Of a stretch of DNA of 56,771 bases, positions 9,582 through 18,760 are shown one piece after another. The stretch lies in NCBI GenBank assembly GCA_030693045.1, contig JAUYBU010000048.1:1-56771 (forward strand), written 5' to 3'. The notes beneath the pieces are model-generated. The model did not search any database and was not told the origin of the DNA. It worked only from the letters and a program-made list of their open reading frames with translations. This DNA is from Bryobacterales bacterium (GTDB lineage: Bacteria; Acidobacteriota; Terriglobia; Bryobacterales; Bryobacteraceae). The position numbers were made by a program, and so were the translations under genes. How positions within the stretch are numbered: position 1 is the stretch's first letter; each line of letters opens with the position of its first letter.

Positions 9582-11112
9582 AGACCATCGCCAGGCCGAG
9601 CCGGTCGGCGGCGGCGATCACTTCGCCGTCGCGCACCGATCCGCCGGGCTGAATCACCGCCGTGATGCCGTGCTTCGCCGCTTCCTCGAGGCCGTCCGGG
9701 AAGGGGAAGAACGCGTCCGAGGCGAGCACCGTGCCCTCCAGCGGCAGCACCGCTTTCATCGCGCCCACCTTGACCGAATCCACGCGGCTCATCTGCCCCG
9801 CCCCGATCCCGGCGGTCTGCCCGGCGTGGGCGTAGACGATGGCGTTCGACTTCACGTGCTTCACCACCTTCCACGCGAAATCGAGCGCCGCCCATTCCTG
9901 CTCGGTCGGCGCGCGCTGGGTCTTCACCTGCGCCGCCGCGCGGTCGAGCTTATGGACGTCGGCGGTCTGGGCCAAAAAGCCGCCCGAGATCGATTTCATC
10001 ACCGGCTCCGCCGCCGGCAGCGGCGTCACCCGGACCAGCCGCAGGTTCCTCCGCGCGCCCAGCACGCCCAGCGCTTCGGGGGAGAAATCCGGGGCCGCGA
10101 CGGCTTCCACGAAGACCTTGGCGATCTCCTTGGCGGTCTCTTCGTCTATCGCGCGGTTGAAGGCCAGCACGCCTCCGTAGGCCGACACGGGGTCGCACTC
10201 GAAGGCGCGCCGGTAGGCGTCGGCCAGCATCCAGGCCTCGGCGCAGCCGCACGGGTTGGTGTGTTTGATGATGGCCGCCGCAGGCTGCGAGAATTCCAGA
10301 ATCAATTGCCAGGCCGCGTCCAGATCCACCAGGTTGTTGTAGGAAAGCTCCTTGCCCTGAAGCTGTCTTCCGCCGGCCACGCCGTATTCGGCCGCCGTGT
10401 AAAGCGCCGCCGACTGGTGCGGATTCTCGCCGTAGCGCAGCGCCAGCGTGCGCGGCGCGCGAATGTCGAGCACCGCCGGCAGCGCCTCCGCCGGATGGTC
10501 GCGAAACTCGCCGTCTTCCACTTCCATGCGCGCCAGGCGCGCCGTGATGGCGCGGTCGTACGCCGCGGTCAGCGCGTAGGCCTTGCGCGCCAGGTTCCAC
10601 TTCGTCTTGAGCGATAGTTCGCCGCCCGCGGCGCGCAATTCATCCAGCAGCGCGGCGTAGTCTTCCGGCGAGACCACCACGGCCACGTCCTGGTAGTTCT
10701 TGGCCGCGGCGCGAATCATGGTCGGGCCGCCGATGTCGATATTCTCGATCAGATCCTCGACCGTGGCCCCGGGCTTCGACGCGGCTTTCTCGAAGGCGTA
10801 GAGGTTCACCACCACCATGTCGATGGCCGGGATGCCGTGCGCGGCCAGCGCCTGCATGTGGTCGGCCTTCGAACGCATCGCCAGCACGCCCGCGGCGATG
10901 CGCGGATGGATGGTCTTCACGCGGCCGTCGAGCATCTCCGGAAAGCCGGTTACTTCGGCCACGTCTTTCACCGCCAGGCCGGCGTCGCGCAGCAGGCGCG
11001 CCGTGCCGCCGGTCGAGATCAGCTCAACTCCGAGTTCGGCGAGACCGCCTGCGAACTCGACCGCCCCGCTCTTGTCGGTAAGGCTCAGAATGGCGCGTTG
11101 GATCTTAGCCAT
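9553..11112 (-). CDS. purH: Bifunctional AICAR transformylase/IMP cyclohydrolase
   Basis: STGGT, GRVKTIHP, IDIGGP, LRYGENPHQ, KHTNPCG, KSNAI, SDAFFPF and GVRHFRH motifs. Confidence 0.97.
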   Translation of the reverse strand: MAKIQRAILSLTDKSGAVEFAGGLAELGVELISTGGTARLLRDAGLAVKDVAEVTGFPEMLDGRVKTIHPRIAAGVLAMRSKADHMQALAAHGIPAIDMVVVNLYAFEKAASKPGATVEDLIENIDIGGPTMIRAAAKNYQDVAVVVSPEDYAALLDELRAAGGELSLKTKWNLARKAYALTAAYDRAITARLARMEVEDGEFRDHPAEALPAVLDIRAPRTLALRYGENPHQSAALYTAAEYGVAGGRQLQGKELSYNNLVDLDAAWQLILEFSQPAAAIIKHTNPCGCAEAWMLADAYRRAFECDPVSAYGGVLAFNRAIDEETAKEIAKVFVEAVAAPDFSPEALGVLGARRNLRLVRVTPLPAAEPVMKSISGGFLAQTADVHKLDRAAAQVKTQRAPTEQEWAALDFAWKVVKHVKSNAIVYAHAGQTAGIGAGQMSRVDSVKVGAMKAVLPLEGTVLASDAFFPFPDGLEEAAKHGITAVIQPGGSVRDGEVIAAADRLGLAMVFTGVRHFRH

Positions 11113-11143
11113 GGCTTCCCATTTTCCCACAGTGGAACCGCCC

Positions 11144-11470
11144 TCAGGCGTGGATTACCGAAACGCCGTAGGCCGCTAGGCGCGAGTCGGCGGTCATCAG
11201 CGCCAGTCCTGCGGCCTTCGCCTGCGCCACCAGCATCCGGTCGAACGGGTCGTCATGAATTCGCGGCAACGATCTGGCGAGCAGCGCGTGAATGACCTGG
11301 ATCGGAAGCGAGCGGAATCCGTTCGCTTCCAGCGCTCCCAGACGGCGCGGTTTGAATCCCGGATCAGATCCCGCGCCGGTTCGGAAAGTTCAGGCGCGTC
11401 GGCCAGCCCGGGTGGCAATTCCTCGAAGTCGCTGGCGATTCGCACCTTGCCACCCCACAACCCCGCGTGC
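11144..11470 (-). pseudogene. vapC: Collapsed type II toxin-antitoxin remnant (antitoxin tail fused to VapC/PIN toxin)
   Basis: One frame gives GLWGGKVRIASDFEELP (antitoxin-like tail) then DAPELSEPARDLIRD. After a frameshift near 11335 it reads LEANGFRSLPIQVIHALLARSLPRIHDDPFDRMLVAQAKAAGLALMTADSRLAAYGVSVI, a PIN C-terminus. Confidence 0.75.
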
Positions 11471-11524
11471 GCGACGGCCGTTAAACCGGGGACGGAGTAC
11501 TGAGCCAACTGCAAAATTCACGCC

Positions 11525-11602
11525 CCGCTTCCTGACGGTCGCGGCTCGGTAACCTGTTGCGAATCAGTGGCGCGCTTCCGAGCCGCGACCGTCGAGGAGC
11601 GG
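11525..11602. repeat. REP-like inverted repeat pair
   Basis: CCGCTTCCTGACGGTCGCGGCTCGG (11525-11549) and a near-inverted copy (11578-11602); the same motif recurs at 35549. Confidence 0.8.
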
Positions 11603-11626
11603 TTGAAGACGAATTTTGCTGGTGGC

Positions 11627-12760
11627 TCAGTTCTCCGTCCCCGGTTTTCCGGAGGCGATGCGGCCGAAGAACTCGAGCGAGCGTTTGGCGCACTCCTCCC
11701 AGCGAAAGCGCTTCGAGTGCTCGCGGCCGGCGGCGGCCAGCCGCTGGCGCAGCGAAGGCGAGGTGAGCAATTGCGACAACGCGCCGCGGATCTCTCCCAC
11801 ACTGCGGGGATCGACCAGGATGCCCCCTGGGCCCGCGACCTCCGGCATCGACGAGACGTTGGAGGCGACCACCGGGACACCGGCCGTGATCGCCTGCGCG
11901 ATCGGGAACCCGAAACCTTCATAAAGCGAAGGATAGGCGAACACGCTGGCGCCGGCGGTCAGCGCCGGCAGATCGCTTTCGGCGACATATCCGAGATACC
12001 GCAGGTTTGGCTGGCCCGCGCCAAGGCGCGCCAACGTAACTTCGGAGGCCCAACCGGCCGGGCCGGCAACCACCAGTTCGAAGTCCCCGCCGAACGACGG
12101 CGTCAGTTCGCTCCAGGCGTCCAGAAGACGGTCGAGGTTCTTGCGCGGCTCGACGGTACCCAGGAACAGGACGTACGGTTTGCGGAGGCCGAGACGCTCC
12201 AGGGTCTCCGCCGCCGTCTCGCGGGTGATTCGCGAGAACCGCTCATCGACGCCCGGATAGATCACCTCGACGCGTCCGGCTGGAATCCCGAGCAGGCGAA
12301 CCAGGTCCCGGCGCGTGCTCTCGGACACGGCGATCAGGCCGTCGGCGCGCCGCAGGACGTTGGCGCTAAAGCGGGCGTCGGCCTGGACGTTGCCCGCGGT
12401 GTGCAACTCCGGCAGCAGCGCCGCGGTCAGGTCGTGGACCGTGGCCGTCACGCGCGCGCGCCGGATGGGATTGCGCAACTGGTTGGTCACGTGGACCACG
12501 TCGTAGCGGGCCGCCAGGAAGTCGATGGCCGGATTGAACCGAATGTTCAGGAAGTGCAGCAGCGCCAGCCGCGGCAGCGTGGCCAGCGGCGTGAACACGC
12601 TGCGCTGGTGGGTGAGGGGCCCAAGCTCGCCGATCAGCGGAAACGCCTCGATCGACCCGGCGCCCTCGAGCCGCCGCAGATGGACCAGCCAGTGATAGAA
12701 GTAGTTCTTCACTCCGGCGCTGCGCAGCAGCAATGGGCTGGCGTCGATCAGAACGCGCAT
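11627..12760 (-). CDS. Glycosyltransferase family 4 (GT-B)
   Basis: TVHDL, IAVSEST, GTVEPRKN and YPSLYEGFGFP motifs. Confidence 0.9.
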   Translation of the reverse strand: MRVLIDASPLLLRSAGVKNYFYHWLVHLRRLEGAGSIEAFPLIGELGPLTHQRSVFTPLATLPRLALLHFLNIRFNPAIDFLAARYDVVHVTNQLRNPIRRARVTATVHDLTAALLPELHTAGNVQADARFSANVLRRADGLIAVSESTRRDLVRLLGIPAGRVEVIYPGVDERFSRITRETAAETLERLGLRKPYVLFLGTVEPRKNLDRLLDAWSELTPSFGGDFELVVAGPAGWASEVTLARLGAGQPNLRYLGYVAESDLPALTAGASVFAYPSLYEGFGFPIAQAITAGVPVVASNVSSMPEVAGPGGILVDPRSVGEIRGALSQLLTSPSLRQRLAAAGREHSKRFRWEECAKRSLEFFGRIASGKPGTEN

Positions 12761-12880
12761 GGCTAACCCCTCATCATCGCACCGGCGGGGGTCCCGAAAC
12801 GTGCCCGCTTGTCCCGGCCGGTGTGTCGCGCGGGAACGGAGGGCGGGCGGCGGGAGATGGTTTTCCGCGAGTTACAGGTT

Positions 12881-12896
12881 TGGCAATGAAATTGCT
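12881..12896 (+). promoter_or_regulatory. Sigma-54 (-24/-12) promoter
   Basis: TGGCAATGAAATTGCT has exact GG-N10-GC spacing, about 100 bp upstream of the 13000 gene. Confidence 0.65.
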
Positions 12897-12999
12897 TAGG
12901 GAATAGTGGAAGGCCCGATCCTCGTCCCGCCGGGGTCCCCGCGTCCGACGATTCGTCTCGAACAGCGCCATTCTGCTTGAGTTCGCTGGAGGAAACAAC

Positions 13000-15900
13000 G
13001 TGCACCGCTTACACCGATTTTCGACGATACTCGCGTTTACCGCCGTCCTGCTTGGTATGGGGATGATCGCCAACGCGCAGAACTCACTGCAATTGAGCCA
13101 GACCACGCTCACTTTCAACGCTCCGGCCGGGTCGACCCCGATCCCAAGCCAGTATGTGTTCATCAGTGGCCCGCAAGGGGCAACCTACACCGCGACGATC
13201 CAATACCTACAGACCCCGAACTGGCTGTCGATAATCCCGTTAACCGGTCCCCTTCCCACCTTCGCCGAGGTACGGGCGAATCCGGCCGGACTGGCGCAGG
13301 GCAATTACGACGCCACGATTACGATTGCGGCTGCAGGCGTGCCCAACAGTCCGCAAATCATGTCGGTGCGACTCATCGTGGGCGCCGGATCGGTCGCTTC
13401 ACCGCTCACCGCCTCACCCGCGTCACTGAGCTTCACTTACACCGCCGGCGCCTTGATTCCGGCGGTCCAAAACATCACGGTGACCAGCAGTTCGGCGCAA
13501 GGGTTCTCGGTATTGCCGACCACGCAATCGGGCGGAAGCTGGCTTTCCGCAAACCCCTCGACGGCGACCACGGCGGCCACGATCTCGGTGGCGGTCAATC
13601 CGGCCGGGCTGGCGCAAGGCACCTATAATGGAACGGTCACGCTGACGCCGGCCGGATTTTTCGGGGGCGGCGCGCTGACGGTTCCGGTAATTCTTACCGT
13701 ATCCTCGACGCCCGAACTGAAGGTCGGCGCGTTGCAGCCGTTCAATTTTCAGATCGGCACGCCGACGCCCGCTTCCCAGACGCTGGCGGTCACCTCGACC
13801 GGCGCGACGTTGCCGTTTGGGGCGGCAGCCGCCACCCAGTCCGGTGGCAATTGGCTGGTCCTGAGTCCGACTGGCGGAGCGACGCCGGCGGATCTGACGG
13901 TCAGCGTCAACCCCAGCGTGCTATCCGGCCTTGCATTCGGCAGCTACAACGGTTCCATCACCATCAGCGCGCCCGGCGCCTCGAACCCGACCACCACCAT
14001 TCCGGTCACGCTGAACGTCAGCACGGCCTCGTTCGTCAACGTCACACCGGGTTCGCTCAGCTTTACGGTTCAACCGGGCGGCACCCTTCCCGCAGCGCAG
14101 AATCTCAACATCACCGGCACCATGCCGAACGTCGCCTTCACCGTCGCGGCGACGGTGACTTTGGGGGCGAACTGGCTCAGTGTCACTCCGGCCGGAGCGG
14201 GCTCGACGCCGGCCACGGTCGCGGTGAGCGTCACCGCGAATGCGCTGACCCTGCTGCCGGGCACCTATAACGGCCAGGTCACGGTGAACGCGCCCAACTC
14301 GGCGAATGTTACGACTGTCGTTCCCGTGACACTTACCGTCAGCAACACTCCTTCGCTGATCGTCAACCCGGCTTCCCTATCCTTCAACTACCAGACCGGC
14401 CGGGCGAATCCCCAGACCCAGACCATTTCCGTTTGGAGTTCCGGCATTCCGGCGCAATTCAACGTGACGGCGGCGACCGCCAAGGGCGGACAGTGGCTTC
14501 AGGCAGCTCCTTCGACGGCGACCACGCCCTGGGTGCTCAGCGTGTCGGCGAATCCCGCCGGCCTGGCCGCGGACACCTACACTGGCACGATTACGCTGAG
14601 TCCGATATCCAGCGGCGCGCCACCCGTGACAATTAACGTGACGCTGACCGTAAGCGCCACCGCGCTGCTGAACGTCAGCCCCGGGGCCGTGAGCTTCAAC
14701 CTGCCCCAGGGCACCAGCAGCTCGACGCAGAACATCGCGCTGACCAGCACCGGCGACCCGCTCAATTTCACCGCCACATCCCCGCCTCCCTCGAGCGGAG
14801 GAAACTGGCTTCTGATCGGCCCGCTGAGCGGGACCACGCCGGCCAATCTTCAGGTGTACGTGGTGCCTGGCTCGCTTGCCATCGGCGTGTATTCGGCGAC
14901 CATCACCGTGTCGGCGACGGGCGCCAACACCCAGACCATCCCGGTTTCGCTCACCGTCACCAGCGGCGCCTCGCTCAGGGCCGAGCCCGGCGCGATCAGC
15001 TTCACACAGGTGCAGGGCGGACCGGCTCCGGCCGCGCAAGTCGCCAGTCTCACAGCCTCCGGCGGCACGCCAGTGAACTTCGCGGCGTCGGCGACCACGA
15101 ATTCCTGCGGCAACTGGCTCACGGTCGAGCCGGTAAACGGCGCAACGCCGGCCCAGCTAAGGATCGTTCCGACCGCCGTGAACGTGACCGCCGGCACGCC
15201 GTGCGTCGGCGCGATCACAATCATGGCGCCCGGAACCATCAACTCTCCCCTGACCATTCCGGTCACCCTGAGCGTGGTTACGCCGCAGGTCCTGGCCGTG
15301 AACCCGGCGTCGCTGACCTTCAGCTATCGCGTGGGAGACGTTGCGCCGGCGCAGTTGTCCCTGCAGGCGACCAGCACCCCGGCGCCGGTCGGTTTCGTTC
15401 TCACCAGCGCCACGCAAAGCGGCGGCGATTGGCTGACTGCGACCACTAACAACGCCACCACCCCTGCCACCATCACTGTAGGTGTGCGGACGCAGGGTCT
15501 CACCGTGGCCGGAACCTTCACCGGGACCATCACCCTGACCTCGCCCACGGCGAGCAACAGCCCGGTGACGGTCGCCGTCACGCTGACGGTGACGGCGCTG
15601 CCGTCGCCCCAGATAACCGCGGTACGAAACGCCGCCAGTTACGCCGCCGGCCCGGTTGCGCGGGGCGAGATCATCTACATCGAGGGCGTCAACCTGGGCC
15701 CTCCAACGCTTACCACGCTCAGACTGAATGCGCAGGGGATGGTGGATACGGTGCTGGGGGAAACGCGCGTGCTGTTTGACGGCATCCCGGCGCCGCTGAT
15801 CTACGTCTCGCAACAACAGACGAGCTGCGTTGTGCCCTACTCCGTGGCCGGACTTACCGTGCGCATGCAGGTGGAATACAAGGGCCAGCTCTCGATCCCG

Positions 15901-16329
15901 ATCATGTTTGAGGTGACCGACGCCGCGCCGGGTCTGTTTACGCAAAACGTCCAGGGCAGCGGCCAGGGCGCCATCCTGAACCAGGATTACTCGCTGAACG
16001 GGCCGAACAGCCCCACCACGCGGCCCGCCGCCCTGGGGTCGGTGGTAATGATTTACGCCACCGGCGAGGGCCAGACCCTGCCGGCCGGCGTCGACGGCAG
16101 GGTGAATAACACCGGCACACTGCCGCGGCCGCTACTGCCGGTGAGCGTGACCATCGGCGGCAGTGAAGCCGAGGTTATTTACGCCGGCGCCGCGCCGAAC
16201 TTCGTCTCGGGCGCCATGCAGATCAACGTCCGCGTCCCGGCCGGCATCACGCCCGGCAATTCGATTCCGGTGCAGGTCCGCATCGGCAACCGGCTGAGCC
16301 AGTCCGGCGTGACCATGGCCGTGCAATAG
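13000..16329 (+). CDS. Large secreted protein with about 8 BACON-like Ig repeats and a C-terminal TIGR03437-type domain
   Basis: Signal peptide; eight ~105-aa repeats each with WL and G-x-Y-x-G-T-I-T; C-terminus NAASY...VLFDG.PAPLIYVS...APGLFT...NQDYSLN...YATGEG...QINVRVP. Confidence 0.85.
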   Translation: MHRLHRFSTILAFTAVLLGMGMIANAQNSLQLSQTTLTFNAPAGSTPIPSQYVFISGPQGATYTATIQYLQTPNWLSIIPLTGPLPTFAEVRANPAGLAQGNYDATITIAAAGVPNSPQIMSVRLIVGAGSVASPLTASPASLSFTYTAGALIPAVQNITVTSSSAQGFSVLPTTQSGGSWLSANPSTATTAATISVAVNPAGLAQGTYNGTVTLTPAGFFGGGALTVPVILTVSSTPELKVGALQPFNFQIGTPTPASQTLAVTSTGATLPFGAAAATQSGGNWLVLSPTGGATPADLTVSVNPSVLSGLAFGSYNGSITISAPGASNPTTTIPVTLNVSTASFVNVTPGSLSFTVQPGGTLPAAQNLNITGTMPNVAFTVAATVTLGANWLSVTPAGAGSTPATVAVSVTANALTLLPGTYNGQVTVNAPNSANVTTVVPVTLTVSNTPSLIVNPASLSFNYQTGRANPQTQTISVWSSGIPAQFNVTAATAKGGQWLQAAPSTATTPWVLSVSANPAGLAADTYTGTITLSPISSGAPPVTINVTLTVSATALLNVSPGAVSFNLPQGTSSSTQNIALTSTGDPLNFTATSPPPSSGGNWLLIGPLSGTTPANLQVYVVPGSLAIGVYSATITVSATGANTQTIPVSLTVTSGASLRAEPGAISFTQVQGGPAPAAQVASLTASGGTPVNFAASATTNSCGNWLTVEPVNGATPAQLRIVPTAVNVTAGTPCVGAITIMAPGTINSPLTIPVTLSVVTPQVLAVNPASLTFSYRVGDVAPAQLSLQATSTPAPVGFVLTSATQSGGDWLTATTNNATTPATITVGVRTQGLTVAGTFTGTITLTSPTASNSPVTVAVTLTVTALPSPQITAVRNAASYAAGPVARGEIIYIEGVNLGPPTLTTLRLNAQGMVDTVLGETRVLFDGIPAPLIYVSQQQTSCVVPYSVAGLTVRMQVEYKGQLSIPIMFEVTDAAPGLFTQNVQGSGQGAILNQDYSLNGPNSPTTRPAALGSVVMIYATGEGQTLPAGVDGRVNNTGTLPRPLLPVSVTIGGSEAEVIYAGAAPNFVSGAMQINVRVPAGITPGNSIPVQVRIGNRLSQSGVTMAVQ

Positions 16330-16353
16330 GAGCGGTTTGAATGAGCTTGCCGC

Positions 16354-16405
16354 GGGAAGCGCATCGCGCGCTTCCCACAGGGGCGGGTCCGGTAGGGCCC
16401 GCCCC
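16354..16405 (+). terminator. Two GC-rich hairpins after the 13000 gene (putative terminator/REP-like)
   Basis: GGGAAGCGC-ATCGC-GCGCTTCCC and GGGGCGGGTCC-GGTA-GGGCCCGCCCC; no U-tract. Confidence 0.4.
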
Positions 16406-16456
16406 GCCTCGGACGTCCTCCCAATCTGCTACTCTGACGGTTCGAGGACCCTCACT

Positions 16457-17518
16457 ATGCGTTTCCTATTCCTTACCCTTCTCTCGGCGGCCACCCTGGC
16501 CGCGCAGGACACCAAGATTGCCGTGGTCGGCCTGGTGCATTCCCACGTTTGGGGCCACCTGGCGAAAATGATCAAGGGCGATGCGGCCAAACTTGTCGGC
16601 ATCGCCGAACCGAATCCCGAACTGGTGGCGGAAGCCAAGAAGATGGGCGCCGCCGACGCCGTTATCTTCTCCGACTATAAGAAGATGCTGGACCAGACCA
16701 AACCCCAGATCGTGTGGGCGTTCGTCGAGAACAACCGCCACCTGGAAATCGCCGAGGCGTGCGCCACGCGCAAGATCCACATCATGTTCGAAAAACCGCT
16801 GGCGGCCAGCTACAAGCAGGCGGTGGCGATCCGGGCTCTGGCGCGCAAGCACGGCATTCAGGTGCTGACCAACTACCAGATGGTCTGGTGGCCAGCCAAT
16901 TACGAGGCCAAGAAACTGGTCGAGGCCGGCGAACTCGGCAAGGTGTGGCGCGTGCGCGGCGTGGTGGGCCACGGCGGGCCGGGTTCGACGGGCCCCCGCA
17001 ACAAGTACTTCTTCGACTGGCTGACCGACCCGGTGCGGAACGGCGCCGGCGCGCTGATGGACTTCGGCTGCTACAACGCCCTGTGGAGCCTGTGGTACCT
17101 GGGAAAACCCGACTCGGTCTACGCGCAGGTCAACCACCTGCGGCCGGAAACCTTCCCCAAGGTCGAGGACAATTCGACCATGGTGCTTTCCTACAAGAAC
17201 GGCGTGGCGTTGCTGGAAGGCAGTTGGGACTTGCCGCGCAGCTTCCAGGATCTGGAAGTGTTCGGCCTGCGCGGCAGCGTTTACATGGCAAACGGAAAGG
17301 TAGAACTCAGGAAGGGACGCGAAACCAAGGAAGTTCCGCTCACGCCGCTGGGGCCCGAGCGCGCCGAACCGATCGCGTTCATGATCCACACGATCCAGTC
17401 CGGCAAGCCGATGGATGGTCTGACGGCGCTCGACATCAACGTCGACGTGGTCGAGATCATCGAGGCCGCCAAGATGTCGGTCAAGACCGGACGGGCGATT
17501 AAACTGCCTCTTCCGTAA
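16457..17518 (+). CDS. Gfo/Idh/MocA family oxidoreductase with signal peptide
   Basis: IAVVGL, EKPLA and GAGALMDFGCY motifs; N-terminal hydrophobic leader. Confidence 0.88.
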   Translation: MRFLFLTLLSAATLAAQDTKIAVVGLVHSHVWGHLAKMIKGDAAKLVGIAEPNPELVAEAKKMGAADAVIFSDYKKMLDQTKPQIVWAFVENNRHLEIAEACATRKIHIMFEKPLAASYKQAVAIRALARKHGIQVLTNYQMVWWPANYEAKKLVEAGELGKVWRVRGVVGHGGPGSTGPRNKYFFDWLTDPVRNGAGALMDFGCYNALWSLWYLGKPDSVYAQVNHLRPETFPKVEDNSTMVLSYKNGVALLEGSWDLPRSFQDLEVFGLRGSVYMANGKVELRKGRETKEVPLTPLGPERAEPIAFMIHTIQSGKPMDGLTALDINVDVVEIIEAAKMSVKTGRAIKLPLP

Positions 17519-17527
17519 GATTCTTTC

Positions 17528-17554
17528 TAATGTCGGGAAAAGCGAGGCCGATAA
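17528..17554 (+). promoter_or_regulatory. Sigma-28 (FliA)-like promoter
   Basis: TAAT-N15-GCCGATAA versus the consensus TAAA-N15-GCCGATAA. Confidence 0.55.
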
Positions 17555-17581
17555 GTTCGGCAAGAGAGCGAACAAGAGAAT

Positions 17582-17668
17582 GTTCCTCCGGACTGGCGAG
17601 CGGGCGCTTGCGGACGCCCGCTCCCCTCCCTCCGGCGGCCTTGAGCCGCCGGCCCAGTTCCACGGAAC
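17582..17668 (+). ncRNA. Candidate structured RNA or leader (three-way junction)
   Basis: Hairpins 17598-17623 and 17632-17652 enclosed by GTTCC..ACTGG/CCAGT..GGAAC pairing; no family recognised. Confidence 0.3.
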
Positions 17669-17719
17669 GATGCCAGCCCCTCCGGCCGGCGCTCACGTAG
17701 CGGTAGACTGGTAACGGGG

Positions 17720-18751
17720 ATGGAGAACCAGTTTGAAAACATCCGGCTGCACGTGCCGGCCGAGCGCTTCACGAACTGGGAGCATTTCATGCGCGAGGCG
17801 CCTGAATACTCCATCGGGATCGAGGTGATGGACGATACGCCCGGTCACCGCGGTCACCACGTGCACTTCGACCACCACGAGGGAGTGATCCGCGAGGCGA
17901 CCATGAGCGCCGCGATGCAGGCCTACATCGCGGTCCGTCAAGGGCGCCTGATGGGGCGATGGCTGACCCGGCAGCGCCCCGTGCAGGTCTACGTCTGGAA
18001 CGCGGACCAGGACGTATGCCTGACCGCCTTCGTGCTCGAGTACCATGCCATGCTCGAGCGGGCCGAGGGAACCCCGCTGCTGCGCTGGATTGTCCAGTAC
18101 AACAACAAGATCGATGTCTGCGGCGGCCTGTATCCGGTCAACCTCGAGGAACTGGTCCGGAACCACTTCACGTGGGTCTTCGAGCCGTACCGGCGGCAGC
18201 GCATGCAGGGCAAGATGCAAGGGGACGAGGCGCTCATCCGAAACACCATTCGGGAGGTCTGCGACCGCCTGCTGGACCTGATCGACGGGAGGGCCGGCAT
18301 CGCGCCCATCACCGCCGAGCCGGAGATCCTCTACCAGTCGCCCCACAACTTCGTCATTGCCGACGAGAAGGGCGATCCAAGCTCCCGGTTGGTCCTGGCG
18401 GCCGAAGGCCACACCAACCTCATCAGCCTGGTGTGCACGCGGCCCAACGGCCGGCACACCTACAGCGTCATTCGCGGCTCACCCTACGATGAGGATACTT
18501 TTCAGGTCACCAAGCTCATCCAGGCCTTCCAGGCCGCCGAGGATCTGCCCGATGCCAGGATCTGGGGAGGCTCGAATCTCGCCGCCGGCTCCGACAGCGA
18601 GTTCGGCAGCAGCCTGCACTGGACCACTCTAAAGGAGATCGCCGAGGAGATCGTCGCAACCGCCTCCCAAAAAATGCGTCAGCCTGGTATGGCCCCTTTT
18701 TCGGTGACGGCAGCGCCCCTCGGCTCTCAAAAAGGGGCCATACCAGGCTGA
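17720..18751 (+). CDS. Hypothetical protein, possibly DHH-phosphoesterase-like
   Basis: Coherent 343-aa ORF; HFDHHE, NADQD and WGGS..AGS motifs. Confidence 0.6.
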   Translation: MENQFENIRLHVPAERFTNWEHFMREAPEYSIGIEVMDDTPGHRGHHVHFDHHEGVIREATMSAAMQAYIAVRQGRLMGRWLTRQRPVQVYVWNADQDVCLTAFVLEYHAMLERAEGTPLLRWIVQYNNKIDVCGGLYPVNLEELVRNHFTWVFEPYRRQRMQGKMQGDEALIRNTIREVCDRLLDLIDGRAGIAPITAEPEILYQSPHNFVIADEKGDPSSRLVLAAEGHTNLISLVCTRPNGRHTYSVIRGSPYDEDTFQVTKLIQAFQAAEDLPDARIWGGSNLAAGSDSEFGSSLHWTTLKEIAEEIVATASQKMRQPGMAPFSVTAAPLGSQKGAIPG

Positions 18752-18760
18752 CGCATTTTT
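18670..18760. repeat. 91-bp MITE-like element with 32-bp perfect terminal inverted repeats
   Basis: AAAAATGCGTCAGCCTGGTATGGCCCCTTTTT (18670-18701) is the exact reverse complement of 18729-18760. Confidence 0.85.

Noticed and set aside
11113..11260. ZMP/ZTP (pfl) riboswitch upstream of purH
   Set aside because: GACTGGCG and CGCCTG occur on the minus strand, but the GTGG/CCAC stem and GGGAG element are missing. The region is better explained as the PIN-toxin C-terminal coding remnant. An Rfam scan would settle it.
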